This document shows positions 47,002 through 56,607 of a DNA stretch of 64,000 nt, in pieces. The notes beneath the pieces are model-generated. The model was given only the letters and a program-made list of their open reading frames with translations. It was not told the origin of the DNA and did not search any database. Every line of letters starts with the position of its first letter. Within the stretch, counting starts at the first letter, position 1. The position numbers were made by a program, and so were the translations under genes. Source of the DNA: an uncultured Spirochaetota bacterium (GTDB lineage Bacteria > Bacteroidota > Bacteroidia > Bacteroidales > Bacteroidaceae); assembly GCA_963639575.1 (NCBI GenBank), contig CAVHUR010000009.1:1477-65476 (forward strand), read 5' to 3'.

Positions 47002-48242
47002 TGAGACTGTTTGCCCTGCGCCGCGGGGAACGCATGCCGGCACTGTTGTTTGCCGTGGTGATAGTGGTGTTCCAGTATCTCATGGTAAGCAAGTTCTGGT
47101 GTCTGTTTGCCGATTATTCCGACGCATCCTTCGTGCGGTTTATCCGCAATTTCCACATGTCGGGTTTTGACCCCATAACCTATGATGTGGTGACACAATG
47201 GCATCAGGGTTATGACATGGTGCGGCATCCGCTGCTGGCGATACTGATGTATCCGCTCTATCTTGTCAACTGGTTGCTCTGGAGCGTTACCGGCTGCAAC
47301 TGCGTGCAGTTGGTGGTGGGACTGGTGTGGTCGTTGTGCGGATTCTACGCCATGGTGTTTGTCTTCCGCACGATGCGTGAGGTGATTGGCATAAAGACGG
47401 TTTACGCCACCCTGCTGACACTTCTTTTTCTGGGTTTTGCCTATATCGTCATAACCATAATAGTGCCCGACCACTTCTGCCTGTCACTGTTCTGCCTGTC
47501 GCTGACGGTATATGTGACGGGACTGAAGATGAAGCGGAACGGTATGTTCACCCCTTGGCAGGCGGCGGTACTGCTGACGCTGACATCGGGCATCACCCTC
47601 ACCAACGGTGCGGTGGCGGTTCTTGCCGTGCTGATGACCAACGGCAGGCGTTTTTTCTCACGCCGCATGATGGCTGCCATGTCGGTTTCCGTGCTTCTGC
47701 TGGTTGCCCCGGTCGTTGTCCATGAGATGTGTTCGGAGCATGACAGTATGCTGGAGGCGGTGCAAAGGCAGACAAAATGGACATCCGGCAGCGTGTCGAG
47801 GTTGGAAGTGGCGGAAGAAAATCTCTTCGGGGAGACCATGCTCCTGCACCGCAAACATGTCCTCGGCGATGTGTTGCGCGACCGTCCTGTGGTGGTGAAG
47901 TACGGATTTGCGATGCAGTATGTGGTGGTAGGTGTGATACAACTGCTGTTTCTCGCAGGACTGGCAGTGGGCTTGCGCCGCCGTTTCGCATGGTTTCTGC
48001 TCGGCATATTCCTGTTCAACGTACTGTTGCACATCGTCTGTGCGTTTGCCATAGAGGAGGTTTACATCATGGCGGCACACTGGTGCTTTGTCGTTCCGCT
48101 GTCAGTGGCATGGTTGTTTGCTTTGCCTCGACGGCATCTGACCTTAGCCTTGGCAGTGCTGACAACCCTCGTCACCCTTTACCTCTATGCCTACAACGGA
48201 GCTATGCTCTACCGCTATCTCACCTGGCCGCTGACAAAATAG
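46998..48242 (+). CDS. DUF6080-like multi-pass membrane protein (putative GT-C glycosyltransferase), paralog
   Basis: NFHMSGFDP.TY...RHPLL, VPDHF, ENLFGE and EEVYIMAAHW motifs. Confidence 0.7.
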   Translation: MMRLFALRRGERMPALLFAVVIVVFQYLMVSKFWCLFADYSDASFVRFIRNFHMSGFDPITYDVVTQWHQGYDMVRHPLLAILMYPLYLVNWLLWSVTGCNCVQLVVGLVWSLCGFYAMVFVFRTMREVIGIKTVYATLLTLLFLGFAYIVITIIVPDHFCLSLFCLSLTVYVTGLKMKRNGMFTPWQAAVLLTLTSGITLTNGAVAVLAVLMTNGRRFFSRRMMAAMSVSVLLLVAPVVVHEMCSEHDSMLEAVQRQTKWTSGSVSRLEVAEENLFGETMLLHRKHVLGDVLRDRPVVVKYGFAMQYVVVGVIQLLFLAGLAVGLRRRFAWFLLGIFLFNVLLHIVCAFAIEEVYIMAAHWCFVVPLSVAWLFALPRRHLTLALAVLTTLVTLYLYAYNGAMLYRYLTWPLTK

Positions 48243-48349
48243 GAGAGGGAAACGGATATTTATATTGGAATACGGAATTATTATGCGAAATATTTGTGTA
48301 TTTCAAAATTTTGAATTAAGTTTGCAACAGTTTCTGAAACGACAGACAA

Positions 48350-48649
48350 ATGAGAGTCATATCGCATCGCAAGTTGAAGGAATTCTACGAAACCAAAGGA
48401 CGGGAAGACTCCAGAGTTGCCCTTGAGAGGTGGTATCAGATTGTGGAAGATGCCGAATGGAGGTGTTTCTCTGACATAAGGGTGGATTTTCCGGATGCCG
48501 ATTATGTAGGCAATCAGCATTATGTATTCAACATAAGGGGAAACAACTATCGGCTGATTGTTGTGATAAAGTTTACAATTGGACGGCTTTTCGTCAGGTT
48601 TGTCGGTACTCATCAGGAATATGACAAAATAGATTGTTCCACAATTTAA
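48350..48649 (+). CDS. higB: HigB-family mRNA interferase toxin
   Basis: MRVISHRKLKEF...W...VE.AEW...FP.AD.VGN..YVFNIRGNNYRL...RFVGTH.EYDKID. Confidence 0.92.
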   Translation: MRVISHRKLKEFYETKGREDSRVALERWYQIVEDAEWRCFSDIRVDFPDADYVGNQHYVFNIRGNNYRLIVVIKFTIGRLFVRFVGTHQEYDKIDCSTI

Positions 48650-48661
48650 TCTGTTGGAGGT

Positions 48662-49024
48662 ATGGAGAATATAACAAAAGAACAATATGAGTTCGCTCTT
48701 GCAAAGATCGAAGAACTCTTGCCGTTAGTGACAGACGAAACGCCCGCTAATGAAAAGAATGCCGTGGAACTGACGCTAATGGCGGATATAGTTGAGGAAT
48801 ACGAAAAAAAACACTACCCTATAGGCAAGCCTACTGTAGCGGAACTGATAGATTTGTCGTTGAATGGCAAGAATATGACCCAAAAGCAATTGGCTGCGGA
48901 AATCGGTGTGAGCCCCTCACGGGTCAATGACTATATTGCCGGCCGTTCGGAACCGACACTTAGAATTGCGAGATTGCTGTGCAAAGTGCTCAATATTGAG
49001 CCCTCCGCAATGTTGCAAATGTAG
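48662..49024 (+). CDS. HigA-type HTH antitoxin
   Basis: EL....D.VEEYEKKHYPI, MTQKQLA.EIGVSPSRV.DY..GRSEPTL. Confidence 0.9.
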   Translation: MENITKEQYEFALAKIEELLPLVTDETPANEKNAVELTLMADIVEEYEKKHYPIGKPTVAELIDLSLNGKNMTQKQLAAEIGVSPSRVNDYIAGRSEPTLRIARLLCKVLNIEPSAMLQM

Positions 49025-49315
49025 GAAAAAGTTCCGTTACAATCCTAAAACTATGCAATTTTTGAAAGTTTTAGGATTTCATTCCTAAAACTTTTATAAT
49101 TCCGTACGCTAAGAGGCGATTTTTGGTAAACATTGGATTTATTTGGCGAGAGCATAATTACGGATAACCGGAACAACGTGTACAATGCGATAATAGTAAA
49201 AGATATGGAAACAGGTGCAGCGTTATTGCTGCACCTGTTGTGTTGGTAAGAGTGTGCAAACACAGGCGAAGAGTTGCAGATTTGCATTGTGAATATCGGG
49301 GAAAAGTGCCGGAAA

Positions 49316-49380
49316 ATGACACTTGAACGCAAGGTCATCAACCAATTGAAATTGGAAGACTGGAGGAATCAGAAAGGCTG
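49316..49380 (+). pseudogene. 5' remnant of a third AAA/DUF4143 gene
   Basis: MTLERKVINQLKLEDWRNQKG resembles the starts MVFKRKLYDKLLEWKQ and MKRKVLSQLVEWKNR, then breaks off before Walker A. Confidence 0.5.
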
Positions 49381-49415
49381 TTCTAATCAGGAGAGAGGTT
49401 TGCCGCCGCCCTTCG

Positions 49416-49910
49416 CTATTTGCAAATCAGTGCAACGGCGTAGGCGGAAATGCCTTCTTCACGTCCTGTGAACCCAAGACGCTCTGTTGTGGTCGCCTTG
49501 ATGGAGATGTTGTCCTCGTCAGTGCCTATGACCTGCGCCAGACAAGCCTTGATGGCGGGCACATGAGGGTTGATTTTCGGACGTTCCGCACACACTGTGG
49601 CATCGATGTTGCCCACGCTGTAACCCTTTGTGGCAATGAGTTCGATGGTGCGGCGGAGCAGTATCTTGGAGTCGATACCGTCGGTTTCGGCTGCCGTGTC
49701 GGGGAAATGGAAACCTATGTCACGCATGTTTGCCGCTCCGAGAAGAGCATCGCAGATGGCATGGATGAGCACATCGGCATCGCTGTGTCCCACAAGTCCC
49801 ATTTCATGTTCTATCTTTATACCCCCTAACCAGAGGTCGCGTCCTGTTGCCAGACGATGGACGTCGTAGCCCATTCCTATGCGGAAAGAAGTCTTGTTGT
49901 CGGTTGTCAT
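49416..49910 (-). CDS. ispF: 2-C-methyl-D-erythritol 2,4-cyclodiphosphate synthase
   Basis: RIGMGYDVH, GHSDADV..HAICDALLGA, DIG.HFPD and KATTTE.LGFTGR.EGI motifs. Confidence 0.97.
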   Translation of the reverse strand: MTTDNKTSFRIGMGYDVHRLATGRDLWLGGIKIEHEMGLVGHSDADVLIHAICDALLGAANMRDIGFHFPDTAAETDGIDSKILLRRTIELIATKGYSVGNIDATVCAERPKINPHVPAIKACLAQVIGTDEDNISIKATTTERLGFTGREEGISAYAVALICK

Positions 49911-49926
49911 ATTGCCTGTGCTTGTG

Positions 49927-51129
49927 TTATCTGCGTCCGAAAAGGTCTTTAATGCCGTCCATGTCGAATGAAAGCGTGAAACGGAGGGTCTGGTCGAGAG
50001 GGTTGGACTTGGCTGTGGAAATCACGTAACCGGCATCGAGCGAGAAAGCACTCATTTTGAATCCTGCGCCGACAGTGAAGTATTTGCGGTTACCCTTGTT
50101 CTCTGCCTCGTGGTGATAGCCGGCTCTCAGGGTGAACTGGTCGTGGTAGCAGTATTCCGCACCGAGGCTCCACTGTATCTCCTCCAGTTCTTCCTTAGCA
50201 CCGTTAGGGGCATCGCTGAAGCTCTTGAAGATACCTCTGATAGACGAAATGTCATAGTAGTCTTTCTGAACACGCCGTTGGTAGTCTTCGGTAGTCTCGC
50301 CATCGTTCTGCTTGGGGTAGGTAGGAACAAGCAGTTTGTTGGCATCCGCAGCCACCGTGAAACGGTTGTATTCGTCCACAGGGATGACAAGTGATGCACC
50401 GATACGCAGGTTTGTGGGGATGAACTCTGAGTTGTCGTCACCGCCGAACGAAATCTTCGTACCGATGTTGGATATGTTCATGCCTAATCCCAACTGACAT
50501 TCGCGGCTGCCCAAGTTGACGTAATCCTGATAGAAACATGACAGGTCGGCAGCAAAGGCAGACCCCGGTGCCGTGTCATCGGAGTAGTTGTAGGTGAGGT
50601 CGGAATAGATCCAGCGCAGTCCGGCGGCAATGGAGAACTTCTCGCTGAGCATGAGTGAGTAGGCGGCATCAATGGACATCTCGTACGGATTGATAGTCTG
50701 TGCATTCTCGTCCCAGTTCATATAGACCTTACCCATGTTGAAATAGCGCAGTGATGCCGACACTGCGGAGTAGTCGCCTATGCGGTAGTAGCCTGCCAGT
50801 TGGGCGAGGTCCATGTCGTTGACCAGTTGGCGGAGCCACGGAGTGTAGTTGATAGCCACTCCGGCACGGCTGATGGCGAACGGATATTTGGCAGGATTCC
50901 AGTATTGGGAATTGACGTCTGCCTCGGTGGCGGCACCCACATCACCCATACCTGCGGCACGTGCGTCAGGAGCGATGGACTGTGATGTGACGCTTGTCTG
51001 GACCGGGTTGAAAAGGTTTTTCTTGCTCTGTGCCTGTGCGGATGTGATGCCGAGGGTCAGCATCATGGCGGAGATGATGCTGATGACTGTGAGTTTATTT
51101 GCTGTTGAAATCATGTTTCTGGCGTTCAT
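49927..51129 (-). CDS. porV: T9SS outer-membrane shuttle PorV
   Basis: IAPDARAAGMGDVG, SQYWNPAKY, YTPWL, LRAGY..E...KGNRKYFT.G.G and NPLDQTLRF motifs. Confidence 0.93.
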   Translation of the reverse strand: MNARNMISTANKLTVISIISAMMLTLGITSAQAQSKKNLFNPVQTSVTSQSIAPDARAAGMGDVGAATEADVNSQYWNPAKYPFAISRAGVAINYTPWLRQLVNDMDLAQLAGYYRIGDYSAVSASLRYFNMGKVYMNWDENAQTINPYEMSIDAAYSLMLSEKFSIAAGLRWIYSDLTYNYSDDTAPGSAFAADLSCFYQDYVNLGSRECQLGLGMNISNIGTKISFGGDDNSEFIPTNLRIGASLVIPVDEYNRFTVAADANKLLVPTYPKQNDGETTEDYQRRVQKDYYDISSIRGIFKSFSDAPNGAKEELEEIQWSLGAEYCYHDQFTLRAGYHHEAENKGNRKYFTVGAGFKMSAFSLDAGYVISTAKSNPLDQTLRFTLSFDMDGIKDLFGRR

Positions 51130-51187
51130 GTGTCGTTGTCTTTGTATTTGTCGGTGCCGGTAATGACAGTATGTGGATTTGCCGGCA

Positions 51188-54100
51188 TCACCGTGTTATT
51201 ATGAGTTTCTTTGTCTTGCTTGTGTATTTGCTCCCTTCGCACGCTATTCTCACTCTGTAAAGGTAGACTCCAGTCTGAAGGGCACGACCGTTGCTGTCGG
51301 TCAAATCCCAGTCGACGGTACTGTTGCCGGTGTCCGACACGTCTTGTCCTGTGTAGCTCCAGAGGATACGTCCGGTAGTGTCCATTACATCTATCGCCAT
51401 GGCAAGTTCGCTCTCGGTGCGGTCGTGGCTGATGATGAAGGTGGTGGATGTGCGTGCCGGGTTCTGTGTGCAACTGATGTCGGCTATCGAAGGTCTGAGC
51501 CCGTTGACCACTTTGAAACGCAGCGTTGACGTGGACGGGTTGTTGAAAATGTCCCATGCACGGAACTGCAGCGTGTGTTCGCCTGCTTCGAGTGCAGGTA
51601 TGGAGTAGTGGGTGGAACCGCTGGTATAGGTGCCGAAGTCGTAAGTGAAATAGTCATTGAGGTTGTAGGTCTTCGCCATGTCACCGTCAATGATGAGTGT
51701 GAGGTCGTGTCCGATGCCCGCACCTGACGTGTTGATGCCGTCCTCATCAGTTATCTCCGCCACGAAATAGGGGGTGGAGTTCACCTCGCCGCCATTGACA
51801 AAGTCGGGAGTATTGAGGTAACAGTAAATCGAAGGACCTATGGAGTCGGTGTCAATGCTGCCTGTTCCGCCCACGATGAAACTGGAACTGTAGCCGTGGA
51901 CAGTCGTTTTCTTGTCGTTGCTCACCCCGAACAGGTTGACCAATCCACTCTTGTCGGAGTAGTTGATGTCCATAGGCACGGAGAAGGAAACGGTGAAGCG
52001 TCCGCCCTGTATGCTGTCGGAACCGCTGAAGAGCGTTTTTGTGCGGTCGGTGTAGACGAATGCTTCCTGTGCTCCTGACTTTGACGTGTCGTTGAGTCGG
52101 CACGTGATGGTTTCCTCGGAGTCGCGCACTATTGCGGTCACAACTCCGCAGAAACTGTCATAGCCGGTCACATGACCGCTGATAGTAGCGGTCGTCCCCG
52201 CCTTGAGTACAGGCGTGTTGCCGTCTTTCAGTGCCATTCCGTTAATGGAATCTACCTCTATCGCAGGTTCGGGAAGATTGAGTGCGACGGCAGGATCACC
52301 GAGCAGGGAGAACTGCAACTTGTTGGTAGTGAGGTCTTGCGATGATGTTATGAGGTAGTTCTTTGCCAGTCGTTGAGCCTCGCCGATAGTGTTTGGCTTG
52401 CCGTCCACACGCTGGAGAGCATAGCGGAGGAACGCCATGTTGATGTGTTTGTTGTAGTTGGCATACACCGTCCGGGTTGTGCCGAAGAATGCGAATGACC
52501 CTCCGTTGCTGTTTAACACCGCCGTCTCGCCAATGGTCGGGTCGGTACCGTCAAACGGCATGATGTCGCACGATGCCGTTATCCACAGAGGAAGGTTCTT
52601 GTTGGAGAATTTGGCGAAGTCACTGATGCCGAGAACACGCTCATGGGAAATCTGCGACTCCGAACCATGACCGGCATAGTCGATAACCAATGCTCCGGCT
52701 TGCTGTTGCGCCTTTACCAGTTTTGTCACCTCGGGATAGGAGTTTCCGTTAGACAATGTCACACGTTCATAGCTGTCCCACATCACCTTTTTCGTATAAA
52801 AACCAGGGTGATTGGCAGTCACCTCGTTGGCAGCGTCGTTCACGTCGTCCATGTGAAGGTTGTTGTTTCCGTCGTCTCCGAGAAACATGATGGTGTTCTG
52901 CCATGCCCCTGCATTCTCGTTGTTGACATAGGCAATGGTCTTGTCGACCATGATTTTCGCCTCACTCTCTCTGGTGACGGGAAACCTGCCCACTGCCATA
53001 TCGAGCAAATCGGAGCTTTGGGGATCTTCTCCCTCTCCCTCATCGAGCAGGCAGAACCAGCCGTCGTCGACGTAGCAGCTTATCTCGTTGTAGGAGTTTT
53101 CGCTCTCAAAGCACAGCAGGTAGTTGTCGGGATTGAGACTTCTGGTTGTTGTGGTGAGCATGCGGTTGTCCCACACACAGTCACCCATCAACAGCAGATA
53201 CTTGGGCATGTCGTGTTCATTCTCGGCTCTGTCGTAGAGCATCTTCAGATACCGGCGATAGGCATTGGCGTCTGGCGTGCCGCTGGAGAACTCGTTGTAG
53301 AGTTCATCCGCCGGAACGATGTTTACCCTCATGCCGTCATGCTCGGCATGAAAAGCCTTGAGGCGTTCCGCCTGCGAGAGAAGTTTCTGCGATGTGGGTA
53401 TTATTATCACCATGTCGGCAAAGTCGTCGGCATGATGATCCTGGTTTGTTATGTTGTGTACATATTCCGCAGAGGGGTGCTGCACACTCAAGTCGTAGTT
53501 CTCGCGTGGTTGTTCGTAGGCGACGCTTATGTAGTCGAGGCGTGCCGGACCGCCTTTCGTGACCGTCACCGATATGCGGTTCTCCTCTTCCAAAGAACTG
53601 GTCGTGAGGATTTTTGATGCATAAGTGCCCTTGTCGTAAGTGCCTACGCTCATGGAGAGAGTGCCTATCAGAGAGTCGTTGACGGCAATGGACACGGTGG
53701 TGGCGGAGCCTGCCGTGACATTGATGTACATTCGCCCGTTACGGCTGCCGGTAGTGTTCTTAAGGACAAAGGTGGAAGTCTCTCCCTCCTGAATGGCCTT
53801 GCTGTCAACGAGGTTGCGTCCTCCAAAGTACCATGCAAAACCGTCGTTCTCGTAAAGAGAGTGGTAGTCTTCGTTGGAGTGGTAGAAGCTGTTGACAAAG
53901 GTGGTGGAATCGACTGTCAGGGCAGGGGCGTCAGACTCGGTGATGAAATAGTAACCATAGTCCGAATATGGATTTCTTGTGCGGGTGATGGTAGTCTTGG
54001 AGGACCATGAGACAGGTCCCTTGCCGTAGAAAAGATGCTTGCCGTTGACGATGCACTGTTCCACTTCTTTCAGGTCGTCGGTGTCCGCGAGATACTGCCT

Positions 54101-54706
54101 GGTGATTTTTTCCGGTTGCAGGTTGCCTCCGTAACCGTAGATTTTCACTTTGTTGATGTCCGTAAAACCGGCTTTGCGTATCACGGCATCAGTGAGTTCA
54201 AAGACGCCAGTGTCGTTAACCCGGATCTTAGCCCACTTCCCGGTAGAGAGAATGGAGTGATCTGCATAAGTGGCAGTACCTGACGCCTTGCGTACCGCCT
54301 TGGTCTTTGTCTTGCCGACAGGTGTGGATTCGATCCTCAACATGAAACTTACAAGCCACTTGTATTTGCCGTCGATGTATGCGACAGGCATTATGGTGGT
54401 TCGCAAGACGGGTGTCTTGCGGTCGAAGACGACTGATGTCTGTGGAGTGGGGAATGAGGGAGGTTCTGCATCTGACAACCTCTTGTATTTCTTAATGTCA
54501 GACGGAGCCATGTCGATGTACTCCGGATAAACAAGCGAAACGGTGTAGACGGAGTCCTGATAGTTATCCGGAAGATTGACGCTGTAGCCGATGTGCGGAA
54601 TGACAGAGTCTATCTGCACATCATCGGTGGTCAGATAGACAAAATGCTCATGTGCCATGATTGTGGCGGAAATGAGCAACAGTATGAAGGCAACGGCTTT
54701 CCTCAT
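51188..54706 (-). CDS. porU: T9SS sortase PorU (peptidase C25)
   Basis: G.WAKIRV..TG, YNEFSSGTPD, YLLL.GD, GRFPV, YAGHG, WITASC, LLGDP and CTD; adjacent to porV. Confidence 0.92.
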   Translation of the reverse strand: MRKAVAFILLLISATIMAHEHFVYLTTDDVQIDSVIPHIGYSVNLPDNYQDSVYTVSLVYPEYIDMAPSDIKKYKRLSDAEPPSFPTPQTSVVFDRKTPVLRTTIMPVAYIDGKYKWLVSFMLRIESTPVGKTKTKAVRKASGTATYADHSILSTGKWAKIRVNDTGVFELTDAVIRKAGFTDINKVKIYGYGGNLQPEKITRQYLADTDDLKEVEQCIVNGKHLFYGKGPVSWSSKTTITRTRNPYSDYGYYFITESDAPALTVDSTTFVNSFYHSNEDYHSLYENDGFAWYFGGRNLVDSKAIQEGETSTFVLKNTTGSRNGRMYINVTAGSATTVSIAVNDSLIGTLSMSVGTYDKGTYASKILTTSSLEEENRISVTVTKGGPARLDYISVAYEQPRENYDLSVQHPSAEYVHNITNQDHHADDFADMVIIIPTSQKLLSQAERLKAFHAEHDGMRVNIVPADELYNEFSSGTPDANAYRRYLKMLYDRAENEHDMPKYLLLMGDCVWDNRMLTTTTRSLNPDNYLLCFESENSYNEISCYVDDGWFCLLDEGEGEDPQSSDLLDMAVGRFPVTRESEAKIMVDKTIAYVNNENAGAWQNTIMFLGDDGNNNLHMDDVNDAANEVTANHPGFYTKKVMWDSYERVTLSNGNSYPEVTKLVKAQQQAGALVIDYAGHGSESQISHERVLGISDFAKFSNKNLPLWITASCDIMPFDGTDPTIGETAVLNSNGGSFAFFGTTRTVYANYNKHINMAFLRYALQRVDGKPNTIGEAQRLAKNYLITSSQDLTTNKLQFSLLGDPAVALNLPEPAIEVDSINGMALKDGNTPVLKAGTTATISGHVTGYDSFCGVVTAIVRDSEETITCRLNDTSKSGAQEAFVYTDRTKTLFSGSDSIQGGRFTVSFSVPMDINYSDKSGLVNLFGVSNDKKTTVHGYSSSFIVGGTGSIDTDSIGPSIYCYLNTPDFVNGGEVNSTPYFVAEITDEDGINTSGAGIGHDLTLIIDGDMAKTYNLNDYFTYDFGTYTSGSTHYSIPALEAGEHTLQFRAWDIFNNPSTSTLRFKVVNGLRPSIADISCTQNPARTSTTFIISHDRTESELAMAIDVMDTTGRILWSYTGQDVSDTGNSTVDWDLTDSNGRALQTGVYLYRVRIACEGSKYTSKTKKLIITR

Positions 54707-54828
54707 TATGAATAATAACGCAAGACCGGCGCTTTTATTGTACCTTGACGGTACAGAGTGCATTCCCTTTTTGCTTTTGCCCCCTTGGAAACAAAACTGT
54801 GGGTGGGTTGCCTTTGTATGGGAAAGTT

Positions 54829-55446
54829 CTATTTGCAGTTGAACTCGAGTACTTTCCTGTCCTCTATGTAACCCTCCAAATGGTCGTCAATGTGTACTGG
54901 ACCTGTGCCTTCGGGAGTACCAGTGTAGATGATGTCGCCAGTTTTCAGCGTGTAGAAACGGCTGAGGTAACTGACAATCTCGTCGACTTTGAAAAGCATG
55001 TCGGCGGTATTGCCGGTCTGAACGGTTTTGCCGTTGATGTCGAGATGAAAGCCAAGAGCATCCAGAGAGAGGAACCTGTCTTTTTCAATCCATTCACCTA
55101 TGGCTGCACTGCCGTCAAATCCCTTGCAGATGTCCCAAGGAAGTCCCTCCTTGCGGGCTTTGTCCTGCATGTCGCGTGCGGTAAAGTCGATGCCGAGAGT
55201 CACTGCATCATAATATCTGTGGGCAAATCTCTGCGGTATGCCTTTGCCCAACCGGCAGATGCGTACCACCATTTCCGCCTCGTAATCGATTCTTCCCATG
55301 AAGTCAGGAATGAAAAACGGCTTTCTGTCTTTCAAGAGTGCGGAGTCCGCCTTGAGAAATATTACCGGTTCGGAAGGGCGGTAAGCCTTACCGCCCAGTT
55401 CTTCCGTATGGCGCAGGTAGTTCATGCCTACAGCAAAGATCTTCAT
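54829..55446 (-). CDS. Fumarylacetoacetate hydrolase family protein
   Basis: KIFAVGMNY..H..EL, YEAE, GIDFTARD.Q, KGFD and GDIIYTGTPEG motifs. Confidence 0.92.
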   Translation of the reverse strand: MKIFAVGMNYLRHTEELGGKAYRPSEPVIFLKADSALLKDRKPFFIPDFMGRIDYEAEMVVRICRLGKGIPQRFAHRYYDAVTLGIDFTARDMQDKARKEGLPWDICKGFDGSAAIGEWIEKDRFLSLDALGFHLDINGKTVQTGNTADMLFKVDEIVSYLSRFYTLKTGDIIYTGTPEGTGPVHIDDHLEGYIEDRKVLEFNCK

Positions 55447-55477
55447 ATCAGATAATGTTAAAAAAGTGTTTTTGACG

Positions 55478-55509
55478 AAAAAAGGCGCATCAACAGTCTG
55501 ATGCGCCTT
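55478..55509 (-). terminator. Intrinsic terminator after tsf
   Basis: Minus strand AAGGCGCATCAG-ACTG-TTGATGCGCCTT followed by a T-run. Confidence 0.8.
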
Positions 55510-55537
55510 ATGTTTTCATATCCGAAAAGTGGACTTT

Positions 55538-56530
55538 TTAGTCGGCTACGAGCGAGAAACGCTTGAAGTCAGTCACTGTCAAATCCTTGTCAGCAGACTT
55601 CAGGTAGTCTGTCACGCTCATCTTGCTGTCCTGGATGAACTCCTGGTTCAACAGACAAGACTCCTTGAAGAACTTGTTGAGACGACCCTTTGCGATGTTG
55701 TCAATCATCTGCTGTGGCAGGTTGGCTGCCTTCTCTGCGGAAACAGTAGCGATGATCTCCTTTGCCTTGGCAACGTCTTCTGCAGTGATCCAACCTTTAC
55801 CCATGTTGGACTCCATGTGCTCTTCAGAGTCTACGTGAGCAGGATTGATGCCGGCTTTCTTAAGTGCGTTCTCCACAGCTTTCTGTACCTGCTCCTGCTT
55901 GGTCTTCTCTACAGCGACCTTGATTTCCTCGTCTATCACGCTCTGAGGAACGGCTTCCTGATTCAGAGCGATAGGTTTCATAGCTGCAACCTGCATTGCA
56001 ACGGCGTGACCCTGCTCTTGTGCAGGTTTGTTAGTCTGTACCATGGTGCAGAGGATGTTCTTGTTCATGTGGTTGTAGATCTCCACATTGTCACCCTCGA
56101 TGAAGTTGTAGCCATCAAGTTCCATCTTTTCACCGGTGATACCAGAACGGTGCTGAACAGCAGTAGCTGCATCGTCGCCGTTGGCAAGCTTCAGTGCCTT
56201 TACCTCATCGAGGCTCTTGCACTTGTTTGCAACTGCTGCATCGAGGATCTCCTGAACCAGTGCGATGAAATCCTTGCCTGCTGCAACGAAGTCGGTTTCG
56301 CACTTTACGGCAACCATAGCGGCAAATCCGTCAACCTTCTTCACGAGAACGCAACCGTTGGAAGTCTCGCGGTCAGAACGCTTTGCAGCTATTGCAAGAC
56401 CACGCTCGCGGAGTATATCCTTTGCCTTATCCATATCGCCCTCAGCTTCAGTGAGAGCCTTCTTGACATCAGCGAGACCTGCACCAGTCATGGCACGCAG
56501 TTTCTTGATGTCTTCCATTGTAACAGCCAT
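55538..56530 (-). CDS. tsf: Elongation factor Ts
   Basis: KKLR.MTGAG..DVKKAL.E, CETDFVA, VAMQVAAM.P and LLNQEFI motifs. Confidence 0.97.
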   Translation of the reverse strand: MAVTMEDIKKLRAMTGAGLADVKKALTEAEGDMDKAKDILRERGLAIAAKRSDRETSNGCVLVKKVDGFAAMVAVKCETDFVAAGKDFIALVQEILDAAVANKCKSLDEVKALKLANGDDAATAVQHRSGITGEKMELDGYNFIEGDNVEIYNHMNKNILCTMVQTNKPAQEQGHAVAMQVAAMKPIALNQEAVPQSVIDEEIKVAVEKTKQEQVQKAVENALKKAGINPAHVDSEEHMESNMGKGWITAEDVAKAKEIIATVSAEKAANLPQQMIDNIAKGRLNKFFKESCLLNQEFIQDSKMSVTDYLKSADKDLTVTDFKRFSLVAD

Positions 56531-56607
56531 AATAGTATTCTTGGGTTTTGAATGTTTATAACAGGGCGGCGGAAAAAGGATTCTCCGCCGCTCGATTTTT
56601 ATTGAAA

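Noticed and set aside
670..56551. Many long antisense/overlapping ORFs in the track (e.g. 670..1302, 17694..18905, 32394..33329, 40893..41966, 43499..44698, 52643..53617, 55529..56551)
   Set aside because: They are shadows of well-supported genes in GC-rich, codon-biased sequence and show no recognisable motifs.
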